From assembly GCA_021852265.1 (NCBI GenBank), contig JAJZNV010000016.1, positions 189 to 64,188 on the forward strand: a DNA stretch of 64,000 nucleotides. Reading direction: 5' to 3'. Under the pieces are notes generated by a model. It saw only the letters and a program-made list of their open reading frames with translations, had not been told where the DNA came from and did not search any database. A program made the translations under genes and the position numbers. The DNA comes from Nanobdellota archaeon. GTDB lineage: Archaea; Nanobdellota; Nanobdellia; Parvarchaeales; Parvarchaeaceae. This document shows, piece after piece, positions 35,905 through 46,573 of the stretch. Each line of letters starts with the position of its first letter. The stretch's first letter is position 1.

Positions 35905-36687
35905 ATGGTTATGAAAGTTAAACTGGTAAGCAAGCAGCAGTATCCACAGCTTAAGAAATTATATAAAGAATTTGATGTTGGGGAAGAAGGAGACATCTGC
36001 ATTGCCGTTGGCGGCGACGGCACTTTTATTAAGGCGGCAAGGGAATTCGACGGACCCATCTTGCCAGTGCGCAGTGAGGAGGTCGGAAGCACGGGTTATT
36101 ATTCAGATATTGGTTTATCAAAGATAGACATTATAATAGAACGAATAAAACACAAAAAATATCGTGTAGAAGACTTAAGCAGGAAACTGGAAATACGTTA
36201 TAAGGATAAGGTCTATTATGCCATAAATGAGGCACTTCTAAGAAATAAGTCAAAGGAGATTTACTTCAACGTATACACGGTAGAGAACGGTAGAAAACGC
36301 CTGCTATACCCTTATACGGTAAGCGGTGACGGTCTTCTTATAACTGGAAAGGTAGGTTCTACTGCGTATAATAGGACTGCAGGCGGACCGATTATATTAA
36401 GTCAGGATATAATTTGTGTGAACTTTCTTTATCCAGAAAGCCTGTTTACAAATCCGTTAGTCATAAGCGGGGATTCTGATATATATATAGAGCTTGCAAA
36501 GAGCGCCGGGACTCTCATGACAGATAGCATAGAAATCGCAGACTTAAGCGTGAAGGAGTCTTTTTACGTTAGACAGTCAAAGAAAACCGTTAAAATCATA
36601 CGCCTAGACGGATTTAAGGAAGAATTTTCTGAAAAACTTGCACGTATGATACAGAGCAAGATGGTCGACGGTCTGTCCAGTAGTTAG
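35905..36687 (+). CDS. ppnK: NAD kinase (intact GGDG motif)
   Basis: ICIAVGGDGTFIKAA, AINEALL and GDGLLITGKVGSTAYNRTAGGPIIL. Confidence 0.85.
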   Translation: MVMKVKLVSKQQYPQLKKLYKEFDVGEEGDICIAVGGDGTFIKAAREFDGPILPVRSEEVGSTGYYSDIGLSKIDIIIERIKHKKYRVEDLSRKLEIRYKDKVYYAINEALLRNKSKEIYFNVYTVENGRKRLLYPYTVSGDGLLITGKVGSTAYNRTAGGPIILSQDIICVNFLYPESLFTNPLVISGDSDIYIELAKSAGTLMTDSIEIADLSVKESFYVRQSKKTVKIIRLDGFKEEFSEKLARMIQSKMVDGLSSS

Positions 36688-36722
36688 TGCCATATAGAAA
36701 ACGTATTTTTATATACAAGATA

Positions 36723-36730
36723 TTTATATC
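36723..36730 (+). promoter_or_regulatory. TATA box (TTTATATC) of giant pilin-like gene 1
   Basis: Ends 23 nt upstream of the ATG at 36753. Confidence 0.5.
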
Positions 36731-36752
36731 TATAGACTAAAATGTAAACTAT

Positions 36753-39700
36753 ATGTCATTAAATAAATTTACACAAATTAGAAAGTCATTTGGTAAGCGC
36801 TCTCAGTCTGCTCTTGAATACATGATGACCTATGGATGGGCAATAGCAATAATCGTCATAGTTGCTGCGGTACTCTATACTTTCGGAGTGTTCACACCGT
36901 CATCTTCAGCTCAACAAAATACTATAACCGGATTTGGGAATGGTGTAAAGGTTGTTTCGGTGTCTGCAAACGCATCAGACATGGAGTTTTTTATTTTGAA
37001 TGAATATGGTTACGCAATAAATCTTACCCAGGTAAGTGTCTTAAGCGGAAGTAGTGTATCTTCTAGCTTTACATGCATAAACACGTTCTTGCAGGCAAGT
37101 CAGTCCTCCAAGTGTATAGTCAAGGGTTTATCTCTCCAAAATCCGACTACTGCGAAGGTGACTATAACTTTTTCCGTTACACAGGGGTCATTTACACAGG
37201 TGATCTCCTCACAAGGAACGGTCTCGCTTCAGCTTACATCGATTTCAATACCGAGCACGACTTTTACAGAGTCCGGGCTTCCCACAGGTACGAACTGGAG
37301 CGTCAGCTACATAGGATCAAAAGCATATTCGACATCGTCCTCGATTTCCTTTACCTCATTTAGTGGAACGTACTCATTCACCGTCGCATCCTTTTCATCG
37401 ATATCTGCTGGCTGCACAGCCGAATATAATCCATCGCCCGCATCCGGTTCCTTAATCGCCGGCAGTTCGGAAGCCATAGTTTTTACTGCAGTTGCGCCTT
37501 CATGTGTAACTACCTTTACAGAATCTGGGCTTACTTCTGGTGCTCAATGGACAGTTGTGTATGGGGGTTCTTCGAATACTTCTACATCAACAAGCTTAAC
37601 TATAACGACTGGAAGTGGCAATTTTTCATTTTCCGCATCAGCATCTTCATCGCCGTCGCCATCAAGTGGATGCGCGGCACAAAATGCACTTCTCCCCACA
37701 TCAGGATATTTAACTGCAGGGTTGTCAAAATCAGAAACATTTACATCCACAACCCTCTGTACGACCACTTTTGTCGAATCTGGTTTGCCTATTGGTACTA
37801 AGTGGACTGCAGTCTTTAATGGCTCAAGTAACTCATCAACCACAACTACCATAAAGGTTACTACATTCAGCGGCAGTGCGGATTTTACCCCATCACAGCC
37901 GGCAAACTCCTCAAATACTATGACTTCGATTTATACCTCGAATGATACATCAGGCGTGCCGGTGGCTGCAGGTTCTTCTGTTTCGACGGTTTATTATCCT
38001 GCTCTATACTCAAAAAATATATACGTGAGCAGCTTTACTCAACAGGGTGTGCAGGCTATAAACGGAACATCCGGTTCGATATATTTCACGACGGGAATCG
38101 CAAGTGGATGGCCCTATTCTAAATTCCCCGGAGGTGTATCAATCTCCCCGGATGGCAACTACCTTTACGTTATAACACAAAACAGTGCGACCTCTCGTTC
38201 GCAGTGCGAAAACGGTCTTTTTACAATTTCCGCATCAACTGGAACAATCTTAGGATTTGCATGTACACGTGCTATAATAAATTCAGAAAGTGCCCTTTAT
38301 CCATTCACCGCTCCTCCTGCAATGACCCCCAATGGGGAATACGCCATAATCCCTGAATATTCTAACAACTCTGTTTCCATGGTAAATGTATCCTATCATA
38401 ATAGCACTATGTGGGTGCATAGTCTTTTAGGGTTTGCTGGGCCAGTGTACGCTGTCACATCCTTAAATGGGCAGTATGCGTATATCACTAACTTCGGATC
38501 AGATTACGTTTCTGTGATAAGCATGTCCACCTTTAGTCGCATTAAAAACATAACTACTGGAAGCTCACCTGAAGCAATAGCAATAAACCCGAACGGCAAG
38601 TTTGCATACGTTACAGAAGACGGCAGCCATGAGATAGCAGTTATAAACCTCACCTCTAATACTGACATAGCAAATATAAGCATAGGCATGACATCTGGTC
38701 CTATTGCAGTGACTCCAGATGGGAAATTCGCGTATGTAGGTGGTCAAAGCCTCTATATAATTGCGGTCATAAACCTTAGTTCGAATTCGGATATGACAAA
38801 TATAAGTGTGCCGAGTCCATCACGCATGCTAGCGATAACTCCGAATGGCAAGTATGTATATTCTACAGATTCTAACGTTAATACCGCAGTAGCCATAAGT
38901 ACAGCATCAAACTCGGTTTCTGCGACAATAACCATTGGGAATAATCCGGATGGTTTGGCCATTACTCCAGACAGCAAATACGTTTATATCGCAAACTATG
39001 GCAATGCATCCTTATCTGTAATAAATACATCCTCTAACGTCGTTTTTAAGACTATGTTTGGTATGGGTATTACTCCCAGAGTATTGACAGCCACAAACGC
39101 TGGGGCTTATGTAGCCAGCTTTTATAACTCTTATATCTCATACATAAGCGCCAATACCTTCTCTGCAACAGACGCAATGTCGGTAGGAACCTCGAATAAT
39201 CTTAATAATTACGCTTCTATGTATAATCCGAGCAATAACATGGTAAGCTTGCCGAACAATAAATTCCTATACTTGTTAAGCAACCCTATGAGTGCAATAT
39301 ACGCCTACAACTTGACGACAAATAAATTTTTGTATGCGATGGACACCCCGGGAAATCCCGCGTGGGTTAGCACCTCAGTGGACAGCAAATATATGTATTC
39401 CATTAGTTCTAACTTTGGAGGGCCATTCTATATAGATAATTCGACAAGCGGGGCTTTTGTAAAAGCAATATCCGGATTTAATACGCCCTCTTCGATAGCA
39501 GTTGCGAATTCAAGTAAATATATTTTGTTATCTAGTCCCGGTGGACTATTTTTGATAAATGGTTCCACAACGCTTCCGACATATAAGGGAGAACTTCCGA
39601 TAATCGGAGAGGATAGCCTGCTTTCTCCAGATCATAAAGTATTATACACCTTCTCCGGATATGGTTTTGGGACTTATCAAGCTCTATCAGTGATAAATGT

Positions 39701-41306
39701 TTCGTCTGGACAGCAACTGAGTTACTTCAATCTCGCAAATCTGAGCAGCCCCTCTTATTATAATACCCCTGCGTATCCATCGCTATCTTCAGATGGAAAA
39801 GAACTTTGTATACCTGAGACGACCTCAAATGCACTTACTCTAATAAACACCTCAAACTTTAATTCACTGCGTTTGATCGCATCTATTGCATTAAGTGAGA
39901 GTAACCCAGTTTCATGTGTGTTTACTCCAAATAACAAATATGTGCTAGTTTCAGATGTTGGCTCAAACTTTATGACGGTCATAAATCTGTCCGGCGGAAG
40001 CATAACTACAAAGACTCTACCTTTGGGAGTAGGCGGCGAAGGTGGGGTTGCAGTGTCACCAGTTGGAAATTATGCATTTGTAGAAGGCTATGGTGATCAT
40101 AATTTAACAGTAATAAACACAACTACTATGCAAGAAATCAAGAATATAAGCACTGGACAAAGCTGGAATCTTGGTTACTTGCCACAGCAAATAATAGTGT
40201 CCCCAAACGGAAGGTATGTTTATGTCGCGGCTTTCTCTAATCCTTATATAACTGAGTTCAATGTATCCTCTCTATCTTATGTTACAAATATTTATACCGG
40301 CGCGGGTAACAATGTGCCAGCTATGATAATGTCAAATAATGGTAAGTATATCTATGCCTCTGACAATAATTATTATTTCCAGGGGACAAGGGAGGATCTG
40401 GCTGCGATAAATATCTCAAATGGTGCATTCACTATACTTGGTAGGACATATACCACAGTTATAAATGGTTACCCTTCAGTCGCACTGTCTGAATCAAATG
40501 ATAGCAAGTATCTCTATGCAGATTACCAGAGCAGTGCAAATGGGTCTATCTCAATCATAAACGTGTCATCCGTAATTCCGACGACAGTCAAAAATCTAGT
40601 AGATGCAGGTAATTTCTCCCAGATGGCTAATGCTGTCTGGAAAACAGCATACGTCACTGGATATTCAGGAAATGTTCTTGATACAATTAATACGACGGGG
40701 GCAACTTTATCATCGTTTTACGGGATAGGTATAAATCCTAAAAACGTCATTTTTTCGAACAATAATAAATATGCCTATGTTGTAAGCGGGAGTGGCGGAT
40801 TTAACACCCTTGCTATAGTAAACATGACAAAACTGGTGAATAATCTTTCGGTTCCATTCTCTGCCATTATTAAGGGTATACCAATAGGCGGAATCGGTAA
40901 TCCCGTAGAAACACTTACTCCAGACGGCCGCTACTTAATAATTTCGGCCGGCAAATACGTCCTTATAATGGATACTGCGACAGATTCAATAGTAAAGAAC
41001 ATAAGCGCTTCTGGTCTATTCCTAAACTATCAGATGTACGCTACTAACAAATTTGCTTATTTAGCGCCATCTTCTGGCTCGGTTATACCTGTAGTAAACC
41101 TTACGTCTCTAAGTATCTATAAGAACATAACTGATAATGGCGGACCATATTATCTGGCAATGTCTCCGGATAATAATCTGTTATATGCGGTTAATTCTGC
41201 TTCTAATAATACTCTATTGATAATAAATACTACTACAAATGAGGTAGTGGGAAACGTATATGGTTATTTCTCTCCGAACCAGGTCTCAAATTTAGTGCAC
41301 ATCTGA
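36753..41306 (+). CDS. giant (1517 aa) class III signal peptide / pilin-module protein with ESGLP..W repeats and multiple YVTN-type beta-propellers
   Basis: The N-terminus KRSQSALEYMMTYGWAIAIIVIVAAVLY matches the archaeal class III signal motif (Q-x-S/A-x-E...L). The pilin-size module carries C-x12-C-x-V. Three modules of about 85 aa start (T)TF(T/V)ESGL. About 1,100 aa of 40-residue blades follow (e.g. SPEAIAINPNGKFAYVTEDGSHEIAVINLTSNT). Confidence 0.7.
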   Translation: MSLNKFTQIRKSFGKRSQSALEYMMTYGWAIAIIVIVAAVLYTFGVFTPSSSAQQNTITGFGNGVKVVSVSANASDMEFFILNEYGYAINLTQVSVLSGSSVSSSFTCINTFLQASQSSKCIVKGLSLQNPTTAKVTITFSVTQGSFTQVISSQGTVSLQLTSISIPSTTFTESGLPTGTNWSVSYIGSKAYSTSSSISFTSFSGTYSFTVASFSSISAGCTAEYNPSPASGSLIAGSSEAIVFTAVAPSCVTTFTESGLTSGAQWTVVYGGSSNTSTSTSLTITTGSGNFSFSASASSSPSPSSGCAAQNALLPTSGYLTAGLSKSETFTSTTLCTTTFVESGLPIGTKWTAVFNGSSNSSTTTTIKVTTFSGSADFTPSQPANSSNTMTSIYTSNDTSGVPVAAGSSVSTVYYPALYSKNIYVSSFTQQGVQAINGTSGSIYFTTGIASGWPYSKFPGGVSISPDGNYLYVITQNSATSRSQCENGLFTISASTGTILGFACTRAIINSESALYPFTAPPAMTPNGEYAIIPEYSNNSVSMVNVSYHNSTMWVHSLLGFAGPVYAVTSLNGQYAYITNFGSDYVSVISMSTFSRIKNITTGSSPEAIAINPNGKFAYVTEDGSHEIAVINLTSNTDIANISIGMTSGPIAVTPDGKFAYVGGQSLYIIAVINLSSNSDMTNISVPSPSRMLAITPNGKYVYSTDSNVNTAVAISTASNSVSATITIGNNPDGLAITPDSKYVYIANYGNASLSVINTSSNVVFKTMFGMGITPRVLTATNAGAYVASFYNSYISYISANTFSATDAMSVGTSNNLNNYASMYNPSNNMVSLPNNKFLYLLSNPMSAIYAYNLTTNKFLYAMDTPGNPAWVSTSVDSKYMYSISSNFGGPFYIDNSTSGAFVKAISGFNTPSSIAVANSSKYILLSSPGGLFLINGSTTLPTYKGELPIIGEDSLLSPDHKVLYTFSGYGFGTYQALSVINVSSGQQLSYFNLANLSSPSYYNTPAYPSLSSDGKELCIPETTSNALTLINTSNFNSLRLIASIALSESNPVSCVFTPNNKYVLVSDVGSNFMTVINLSGGSITTKTLPLGVGGEGGVAVSPVGNYAFVEGYGDHNLTVINTTTMQEIKNISTGQSWNLGYLPQQIIVSPNGRYVYVAAFSNPYITEFNVSSLSYVTNIYTGAGNNVPAMIMSNNGKYIYASDNNYYFQGTREDLAAINISNGAFTILGRTYTTVINGYPSVALSESNDSKYLYADYQSSANGSISIINVSSVIPTTVKNLVDAGNFSQMANAVWKTAYVTGYSGNVLDTINTTGATLSSFYGIGINPKNVIFSNNNKYAYVVSGSGGFNTLAIVNMTKLVNNLSVPFSAIIKGIPIGGIGNPVETLTPDGRYLIISAGKYVLIMDTATDSIVKNISASGLFLNYQMYATNKFAYLAPSSGSVIPVVNLTSLSIYKNITDNGGPYYLAMSPDNNLLYAVNSASNNTLLIINTTTNEVVGNVYGYFSPNQVSNLVHI
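37255..38000 (+). repeat. three tandem ~85-aa ESGL(P/T)xGxxW modules (coding repeat)
   Basis: TTFTESGLPTGTNWSVSY..., TTFTESGLTSGAQWTVVY..., TTFVESGLPIGTKWTAVF... Confidence 0.65.
38010..41290 (+). repeat. array of ~40-aa YVTN-type beta-propeller blades (coding repeat)
   Basis: Recurrent pattern (I/V)(A/T)(I/V)(T/S)P(D/N)GK(Y/F)(A/V)Y(V/I)...(S/N)x(I/V)(S/A)VI(N/S). Confidence 0.65.
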
Positions 41307-41430
41307 GTTTTTTTAATAAGTAGATATTCTGGCGTACTGACAATTAGGCTAAAAATCGGAGCCAGAAAGCTTTATATATAAGTGAGTTTCTTATTACTAT
41401 TAAGTAAGTAGTTTTAACGGAGGATTAAAA

Positions 41431-42321
41431 ATGGAAAAATCAGCACAAGCGAAATATCCTGCAGGTAAGCAGGGAACACAACAAGCAGCCAGTACTCCTG
41501 TCGCGAAAAGTTCGAAAGCCTCATTAGATCATCTATTAAGTTCTACCAATTTTCCGGTCTATCAGCGAGCAGCAGCAGTGATAAAGAATTATCAGCAGAT
41601 TATGAATACTTCCGATTTTAACCCGAATGCACTTGGAAAGGTGCTGTACAGTGCTTTGGGAGAAATGGTCGCAGAAGCTCCAAATAAGGACGAGCGGCAA
41701 GACATAACAATTTTGATGGATGCATTACAGAGAAATTTACAGAATAATTCTCTTACAAAAGAAGCTTTTGAGGCGACTGTTGAGCATGCGAGATCATTTA
41801 TGACTCCCTACGCACAGAAAGTAAAGGATTCATTAGAGGAAAGCCATTACAAAAATATGGCCTTGGGCATTCTCCAAAATAAGAAAATGTTTGGGGATTT
41901 ATACTCTAAGTTGTCCATGCACCCTAGTGCAGCAAGAGCAAATCAATTCGGAATAATGTTAACAGATATAGAGGGTTCTATCAAGAAAAACGACCTTTCT
42001 AATATATCTTCATATTACATGAAATTAGTCTCCCCGACTGCAGTAGCGGATTATGTTAAGACTGGAAAGACAAAGGAGGAAGCAACAAAAATCGTTGAAA
42101 CAGGTAAAAAAGCTTACCAGGCGTTGCTATCTTCCCTTAGTGATAGTATGAAAGCAGAACACCAGGCGTTTCTGCACAAGCTAATTGGACAGAGCTATTA
42201 TCAGGCTGCCCAGAAGATAGACGTGGGTTATATAAAGAATGTAATGAGCTCTGCAGATTCAGCGGATATATTAGCACTCATACCGCAGGAAAGGCAAGGA
42301 ATGGGGTATCAGTCAGAATAG
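41431..42321 (+). CDS. hypothetical alpha-helical protein
   Basis: 296-codon ORF with a GGAGG Shine-Dalgarno 8 nt upstream. No recognisable motif or hydrophobic segment. Confidence 0.5.
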   Translation: MEKSAQAKYPAGKQGTQQAASTPVAKSSKASLDHLLSSTNFPVYQRAAAVIKNYQQIMNTSDFNPNALGKVLYSALGEMVAEAPNKDERQDITILMDALQRNLQNNSLTKEAFEATVEHARSFMTPYAQKVKDSLEESHYKNMALGILQNKKMFGDLYSKLSMHPSAARANQFGIMLTDIEGSIKKNDLSNISSYYMKLVSPTAVADYVKTGKTKEEATKIVETGKKAYQALLSSLSDSMKAEHQAFLHKLIGQSYYQAAQKIDVGYIKNVMSSADSADILALIPQERQGMGYQSE

Positions 42322-42343
42322 AATGGCGTTCAATAACTCCCTC

Positions 42344-42384
42344 CTCCCCAATGTAAATTTTAGATTTTTGCTTACATTGGGGAG
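42344..42384 (+). terminator. 13-bp perfect hairpin after the 41431 gene
   Basis: ctccccaatgtaa (42344..42356) pairs with ttacattggggag (42372..42384) around a 15-nt loop. Confidence 0.5.
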
Positions 42385-42487
42385 ATTTTAATTTATAGTT
42401 ACCCGTATACTATTCAGGTGTGGACCTGCGTATTTTTAGAAACTGGGAAAAAACTTTATAAGTGCGCATCCACTTGAGTGTAGTATA

Positions 42488-43294
42488 ATGAAATTTATCG
42501 ATGTGCACACTCATCCATGTTTCAACATCTCTTCATTAAGAGAAACTGCTAATAGGAATGGGATAAATTTCAGTGCGGAAGGATTCTTAACTGAAATGGA
42601 TTCGGTCGGCATCGAATATGCAGTAGCGATAGGCGTTGATACAGAATCTAATAACTTGATACGTGACATCAGTAAAAAGATAGATAGAATAATCCCGGTT
42701 CTAGGTGTAAACCTTGAGAAAAAGAGCAATTTTTCCACTTATTTTGAATTTGCAAAGAAAGCGCTTAGCAAAAAAGAATTCAGAGGAATAAAGATATATC
42801 TTGGGTATGATCACGTTGCAGCTAACTCAAAGTTTTTGGAACCACTTTATCGGCTTGCTGAAAAGTATAACATTCCCGTGATATTCCACACGGGCGATAC
42901 ATTTAAGCCGATGCGCAAGTCTCAGTTTCTGAAATACTGTCATCCTCTTATTATAGATGAAGTAGCAGTAACTCATCCAGGGATAAAATTCGTTATCGCA
43001 CACTCGGGGAATCCCTGGACCGAGGATGCAGCAGAGGTAGTATACAAGAATGATAATTGTTATGCGGATATCTCTGGATGGTTTTTGCAAACTATAGACC
43101 AGAAGAGTATGAAGTTCATGCGAGAAAAATTGGAAAAGATGGTGGCATTTGCAGGCAACGAAAAAATAATGTTTGGTAGTGACTGGCCTCTTCTGAAGAT
43201 GAAACCATACACTAATTTCATTATGAGCTCCTTGCGAATGGATGACCTACAAAAAATAGCATATAAGAATGCCAAGAAGTTCTGGAGCATCTGA
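42488..43294 (+). CDS. metal-dependent amidohydrolase (TIM-barrel, amidohydrolase-2-like)
   Basis: FIDVHTHP, IFHTGD, IAHSGNPW and MFGSDWP. Confidence 0.8.
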   Translation: MKFIDVHTHPCFNISSLRETANRNGINFSAEGFLTEMDSVGIEYAVAIGVDTESNNLIRDISKKIDRIIPVLGVNLEKKSNFSTYFEFAKKALSKKEFRGIKIYLGYDHVAANSKFLEPLYRLAEKYNIPVIFHTGDTFKPMRKSQFLKYCHPLIIDEVAVTHPGIKFVIAHSGNPWTEDAAEVVYKNDNCYADISGWFLQTIDQKSMKFMREKLEKMVAFAGNEKIMFGSDWPLLKMKPYTNFIMSSLRMDDLQKIAYKNAKKFWSI

Positions 43295-43365
43295 CACAGT
43301 ATTTAGTTGCAGAAGAGCCGAATTTTGAACAAAGATTTAAATATTCGAGTCTCATTCAATAACGA

Positions 43366-43638
43366 ATGGAAAATGACACCATCTTCGTAGGCAAAAAACC
43401 TATAATGGCTTACGTAGTTGCTGTGTTGACCCATGTTAATTCGGGTCATGATTTCGTTTTACTGAAGGCCAGAGGATCTATGATAAGTAAAGCTGTTGAT
43501 ATATCTCAGATAATCAAAAGAAAGTTTTCAAAAGATCTCAAGGTGGGTAACATCGAGATAGGTACTGAGGAAATAATCAGCGAAGGCGATGTTAAAAAGA
43601 GGAATGTATCTTATATATCAATAGAGATGAAAAGATAA
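43366..43638 (+). CDS. albA: Alba DNA/RNA-binding protein
   Basis: IFVGKKPIMAYVVAVLT...LKARGSMISKAVDISQIIKRKF is the typical Alba pattern. TATA tttaaata (43336..43343) lies with 22 nt between it and the ATG. Confidence 0.9.
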   Translation: MENDTIFVGKKPIMAYVVAVLTHVNSGHDFVLLKARGSMISKAVDISQIIKRKFSKDLKVGNIEIGTEEIISEGDVKKRNVSYISIEMKR

Positions 43639-43640
43639 CT

Positions 43641-44288
43641 ATGATAAACGAGAAAGATTTCGTGCTTATAAATTTTGTGGGGAGAGTCAAGTCCTCTGGA
43701 AAGGTATTTGACCTCACAAGAAAGGATGTTGCAGAAGCGGAGGATATACACCAGGAGAACTTTACGTTTGCACCCGTACTTGTAATACCCGAATCAAATT
43801 ACGTTTTGAAGACTGTCGGGGAGTCATTGGTAAATAAAAACGTTGGAGATAAATACACTTTAGAAGTCCCTGCTGAAAAAGCATTCGGAAAATTTGATCC
43901 AAAGTTGGTAAAAACATTCGGGATGAGCGCATTTAGGGAGAACAATGTAAACCCTTCAGTAGGAGATGTTTTAATGCTGGACAATAAGCTGGCCACTATC
44001 CTTTCAGTCAGCGGTGGGAGAGTGATGGTGAGTTTTAATAATCCTCTTGCAGGAAAGGATCTCGTGTACGAAATTGAAATTATGAAGGTAATCGAGGATG
44101 TGAGAGAGAAATGCGAGGCAATATTTGAGCACTATGCCGGCAAAAAACCACAGTCTACGGAGATAAGCGAAAATAATGTGAAGATAGCTTATAACGAGGA
44201 GGTAAAACAATATACCGTAGATGCGATAAAATCCGATGTAGCTAAATATGTAAACAAGGACTTATCCGTTGAGATTGTGAGGTCTTAA
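43641..44288 (+). CDS. FKBP-type peptidyl-prolyl cis-trans isomerase (SlyD/archaeal short FKBP type)
   Basis: DFVLINFVGRVKSSGKVFDLT, EKAFGKFDP and NNPLAGKDLVYEIEI. Confidence 0.85.
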   Translation: MINEKDFVLINFVGRVKSSGKVFDLTRKDVAEAEDIHQENFTFAPVLVIPESNYVLKTVGESLVNKNVGDKYTLEVPAEKAFGKFDPKLVKTFGMSAFRENNVNPSVGDVLMLDNKLATILSVSGGRVMVSFNNPLAGKDLVYEIEIMKVIEDVREKCEAIFEHYAGKKPQSTEISENNVKIAYNEEVKQYTVDAIKSDVAKYVNKDLSVEIVRS

Positions 44289-44332
44289 GGCCGAGATAAA
44301 TATTTTAATAATGACAAAAACAACTATAGACT

Positions 44333-45469
44333 ATGGTAAATATAGAAAACTTTCAGAACAGTAGCTTCTCGGGACAGGGCGTGAAGAATTTGAATTTCGA
44401 TGCAAGCAGGACGAAAGAGTTCGATAAGTCTCTTGAGGAAATGATAGCCTCAAAAAGAACAAGTATAAAAGTCGTTGGCGTCGGAGGTTCTGGAAATAAT
44501 ACTATCCGAAGGATGTTTGAAATCGGCATAAAAGGGGCCGAGCTGATAGCGATAAACACAGACGCAGCCGATCTTCTTACAACACCCGCCGATAAAAAGA
44601 TACTTATTGGAAGGGAGCTTACAAATGGTCTTGGGGCAGGTGCGGATCCCTCCGTTGGTGAAGCAGCAGCTAGAGAACAGGAGCAAGAGATAAAAGAAGT
44701 TCTGCAGGGTGCGGATATGGTGTTTATATGCAGTGGAATGGGCGGTGGGACAGGTACTGGTGCCGCGCCAGTAGTCGCGCAGGTCGCCAAAAAACTGAAT
44801 GCGCTTACAATCGCAGTTGTCACCGTGCCATTCAAAGCGGAAGGCAGACGAAGGATGAATCAGGCTTTAGGCGGACTCGATAAGCTCCGTATGGCAGTAG
44901 ATACCGCAATCACAATACCAAATGAAAAGCTTCTTGCTATAGCTCCGGGTCTTCCTATTGCGATTGCACTCAAGATAGCGGATGATGTCTTAACGAACGC
45001 AGTTAAGGGTATAACTGAGTTGATAACCAAACCAGGCCTGATAAATGTTGATTTTGCAGATGTAAAGAGGATAATGGCAAACGGCGGCATAGCGCTGATA
45101 GGCAGCGGCGAAAGTGATGCAAAGGATAAAAAATTAGAGACAGTAGTTGAAAAGATTCTAAACAATCCGCTCATAGACGTGGATGTCTCTACCGCAAAGG
45201 GCATGCTTATAGATGTAAGTGGCGGCCCATCACTGACCTTAGAAGAGGCTAACAAGGTAGTTGATTTGATAAATCAGAAACTTCCAGATGATATAAATAT
45301 AATTTGGGGAGCGCACATTTTCCCAGATCTTAAAAATACTATGAAGGTCCTAGCGATAATAACCGGCGTTACTTCTCGGCAGATAACTGGTAAGTCTATA
45401 GCGGAAGAGAAAGAGCTTAAAGATAAGAAGGAAGTTGAAGAGGAACTCGGTATAACATTCTTGAGTTAA
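44333..45469 (+). CDS. ftsZ: cell division GTPase FtsZ (paralog 2)
   Basis: [24 protein letters not shown] and NTD. TATA ttttaata (44304..44311) lies 22 nt upstream. Confidence 0.95.
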   Translation: MVNIENFQNSSFSGQGVKNLNFDASRTKEFDKSLEEMIASKRTSIKVVGVGGSGNNTIRRMFEIGIKGAELIAINTDAADLLTTPADKKILIGRELTNGLGAGADPSVGEAAAREQEQEIKEVLQGADMVFICSGMGGGTGTGAAPVVAQVAKKLNALTIAVVTVPFKAEGRRRMNQALGGLDKLRMAVDTAITIPNEKLLAIAPGLPIAIALKIADDVLTNAVKGITELITKPGLINVDFADVKRIMANGGIALIGSGESDAKDKKLETVVEKILNNPLIDVDVSTAKGMLIDVSGGPSLTLEEANKVVDLINQKLPDDINIIWGAHIFPDLKNTMKVLAIITGVTSRQITGKSIAEEKELKDKKEVEEELGITFLS

Positions 45470-45482
45470 TAGCAGGTTTCTT

Positions 45483-45923
45483 ATGGAAGAACGAAAAAGT
45501 CTCGCTGATGCAAACGTGCAAGGTTCAGATAAAACCAACTCTGATAATAAAGGTGCCGTTGAGCACCCTCTCCCTGCGGAAGATTCTCGGGAAAACACCG
45601 TTAATGAAATAAAAACTGAGACTAACTTAGAAAAAAAGCAGGATGGGACGCATCACGAGATTAAAAAATTACCGGAGGAGCATGTCTCACGAAGAAGCAG
45701 TAGCCATAACTTCAGGAAACTGGTCAATAGCCTTAAGGCATTGAGCCTACAGAATATAAAAAGTAAATTAGGGCATTACTGGTTCGAATACAGTAGGGTG
45801 ATACATTTAACTAGGAGACCAACAAGATCAGAATACCGAGAACTTGCAATAATGGTACTTGTCGGCACTGCAATAATCGGCGGGATAGGTTTCATTGTGC
45901 AGCTCGCATTACAGTTTGTATAA
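45483..45923 (+). CDS. secE: preprotein translocase SecE / Sec61-gamma with about 85-aa charged N-terminal extension
   Basis: The C-terminal 60 aa (WFEYSRVIHLTRRPTRSEYRELAIMVLVGTAIIGGIGFIVQL) fit the SecE pattern with a single TM helix. The gene sits directly after ftsZ, a position I recall as common in archaea. Confidence 0.7.
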   Translation: MEERKSLADANVQGSDKTNSDNKGAVEHPLPAEDSRENTVNEIKTETNLEKKQDGTHHEIKKLPEEHVSRRSSSHNFRKLVNSLKALSLQNIKSKLGHYWFEYSRVIHLTRRPTRSEYRELAIMVLVGTAIIGGIGFIVQLALQFV

Positions 45924-45957
45924 AAATTTCTTATAACCCTAAAGAGAGTTAAGTGGT

Positions 45958-46461
45958 TTAGTCTAGTATTATTTTTCCTTTATAATCATAGTCGCCGATT
46001 TTTAGGAATTCTGACACAGGGCGGCAATCCAAGTCGGTGATTGTATTTTGTTTGTAATCTAGATTCAAATTACAGAGGTTACCGTTTACTTTTATAAGTT
46101 CCCCATTTTTGAATCTAACCGCAGAGTCGTACTTGAAATATTTTATTCCGGCATGCCAGTCTTTTTTCGGACCTATTAGACCACACTTTCTTAGAAAGCT
46201 GCTTAATACGCCCGGATTTTCCATGCTGTTGTAAAGTACCCTTCCCTTTGCATCCACTTTGATATATGCATTAAATGTCTCTTCTTCGGGGGCAGCTTCT
46301 ATAGATGATGGAAAGTCAGAAAAAACGGCGTCAGAAAAGTTAATTATAAATTTGTCGAGTTTGCTGGTTTTTCTTATGGCACCGCCAGAGAAAATTACAT
46401 CCCCCTCGTTAATTTCGCCAACCTCTGATATTAATTTTTGCAGACGGGATTCTTCACCCAT
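45958..46461 (-). CDS. hypothetical protein
   Basis: 167-codon ORF with no recognisable motif. Confidence 0.45.
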   Translation of the reverse strand: MGEESRLQKLISEVGEINEGDVIFSGGAIRKTSKLDKFIINFSDAVFSDFPSSIEAAPEEETFNAYIKVDAKGRVLYNSMENPGVLSSFLRKCGLIGPKKDWHAGIKYFKYDSAVRFKNGELIKVNGNLCNLNLDYKQNTITDLDCRPVSEFLKIGDYDYKGKIILD

Positions 46462-46573
46462 ATGAATATTCTAAAGATTATATCTTATTTATATATCTTT
46501 TTAAAGTTTAAGGCAAGATGCTTATTTAGGGGCATTCAATATGTTTTAAATATTTTAGATAGCATAACTACAT

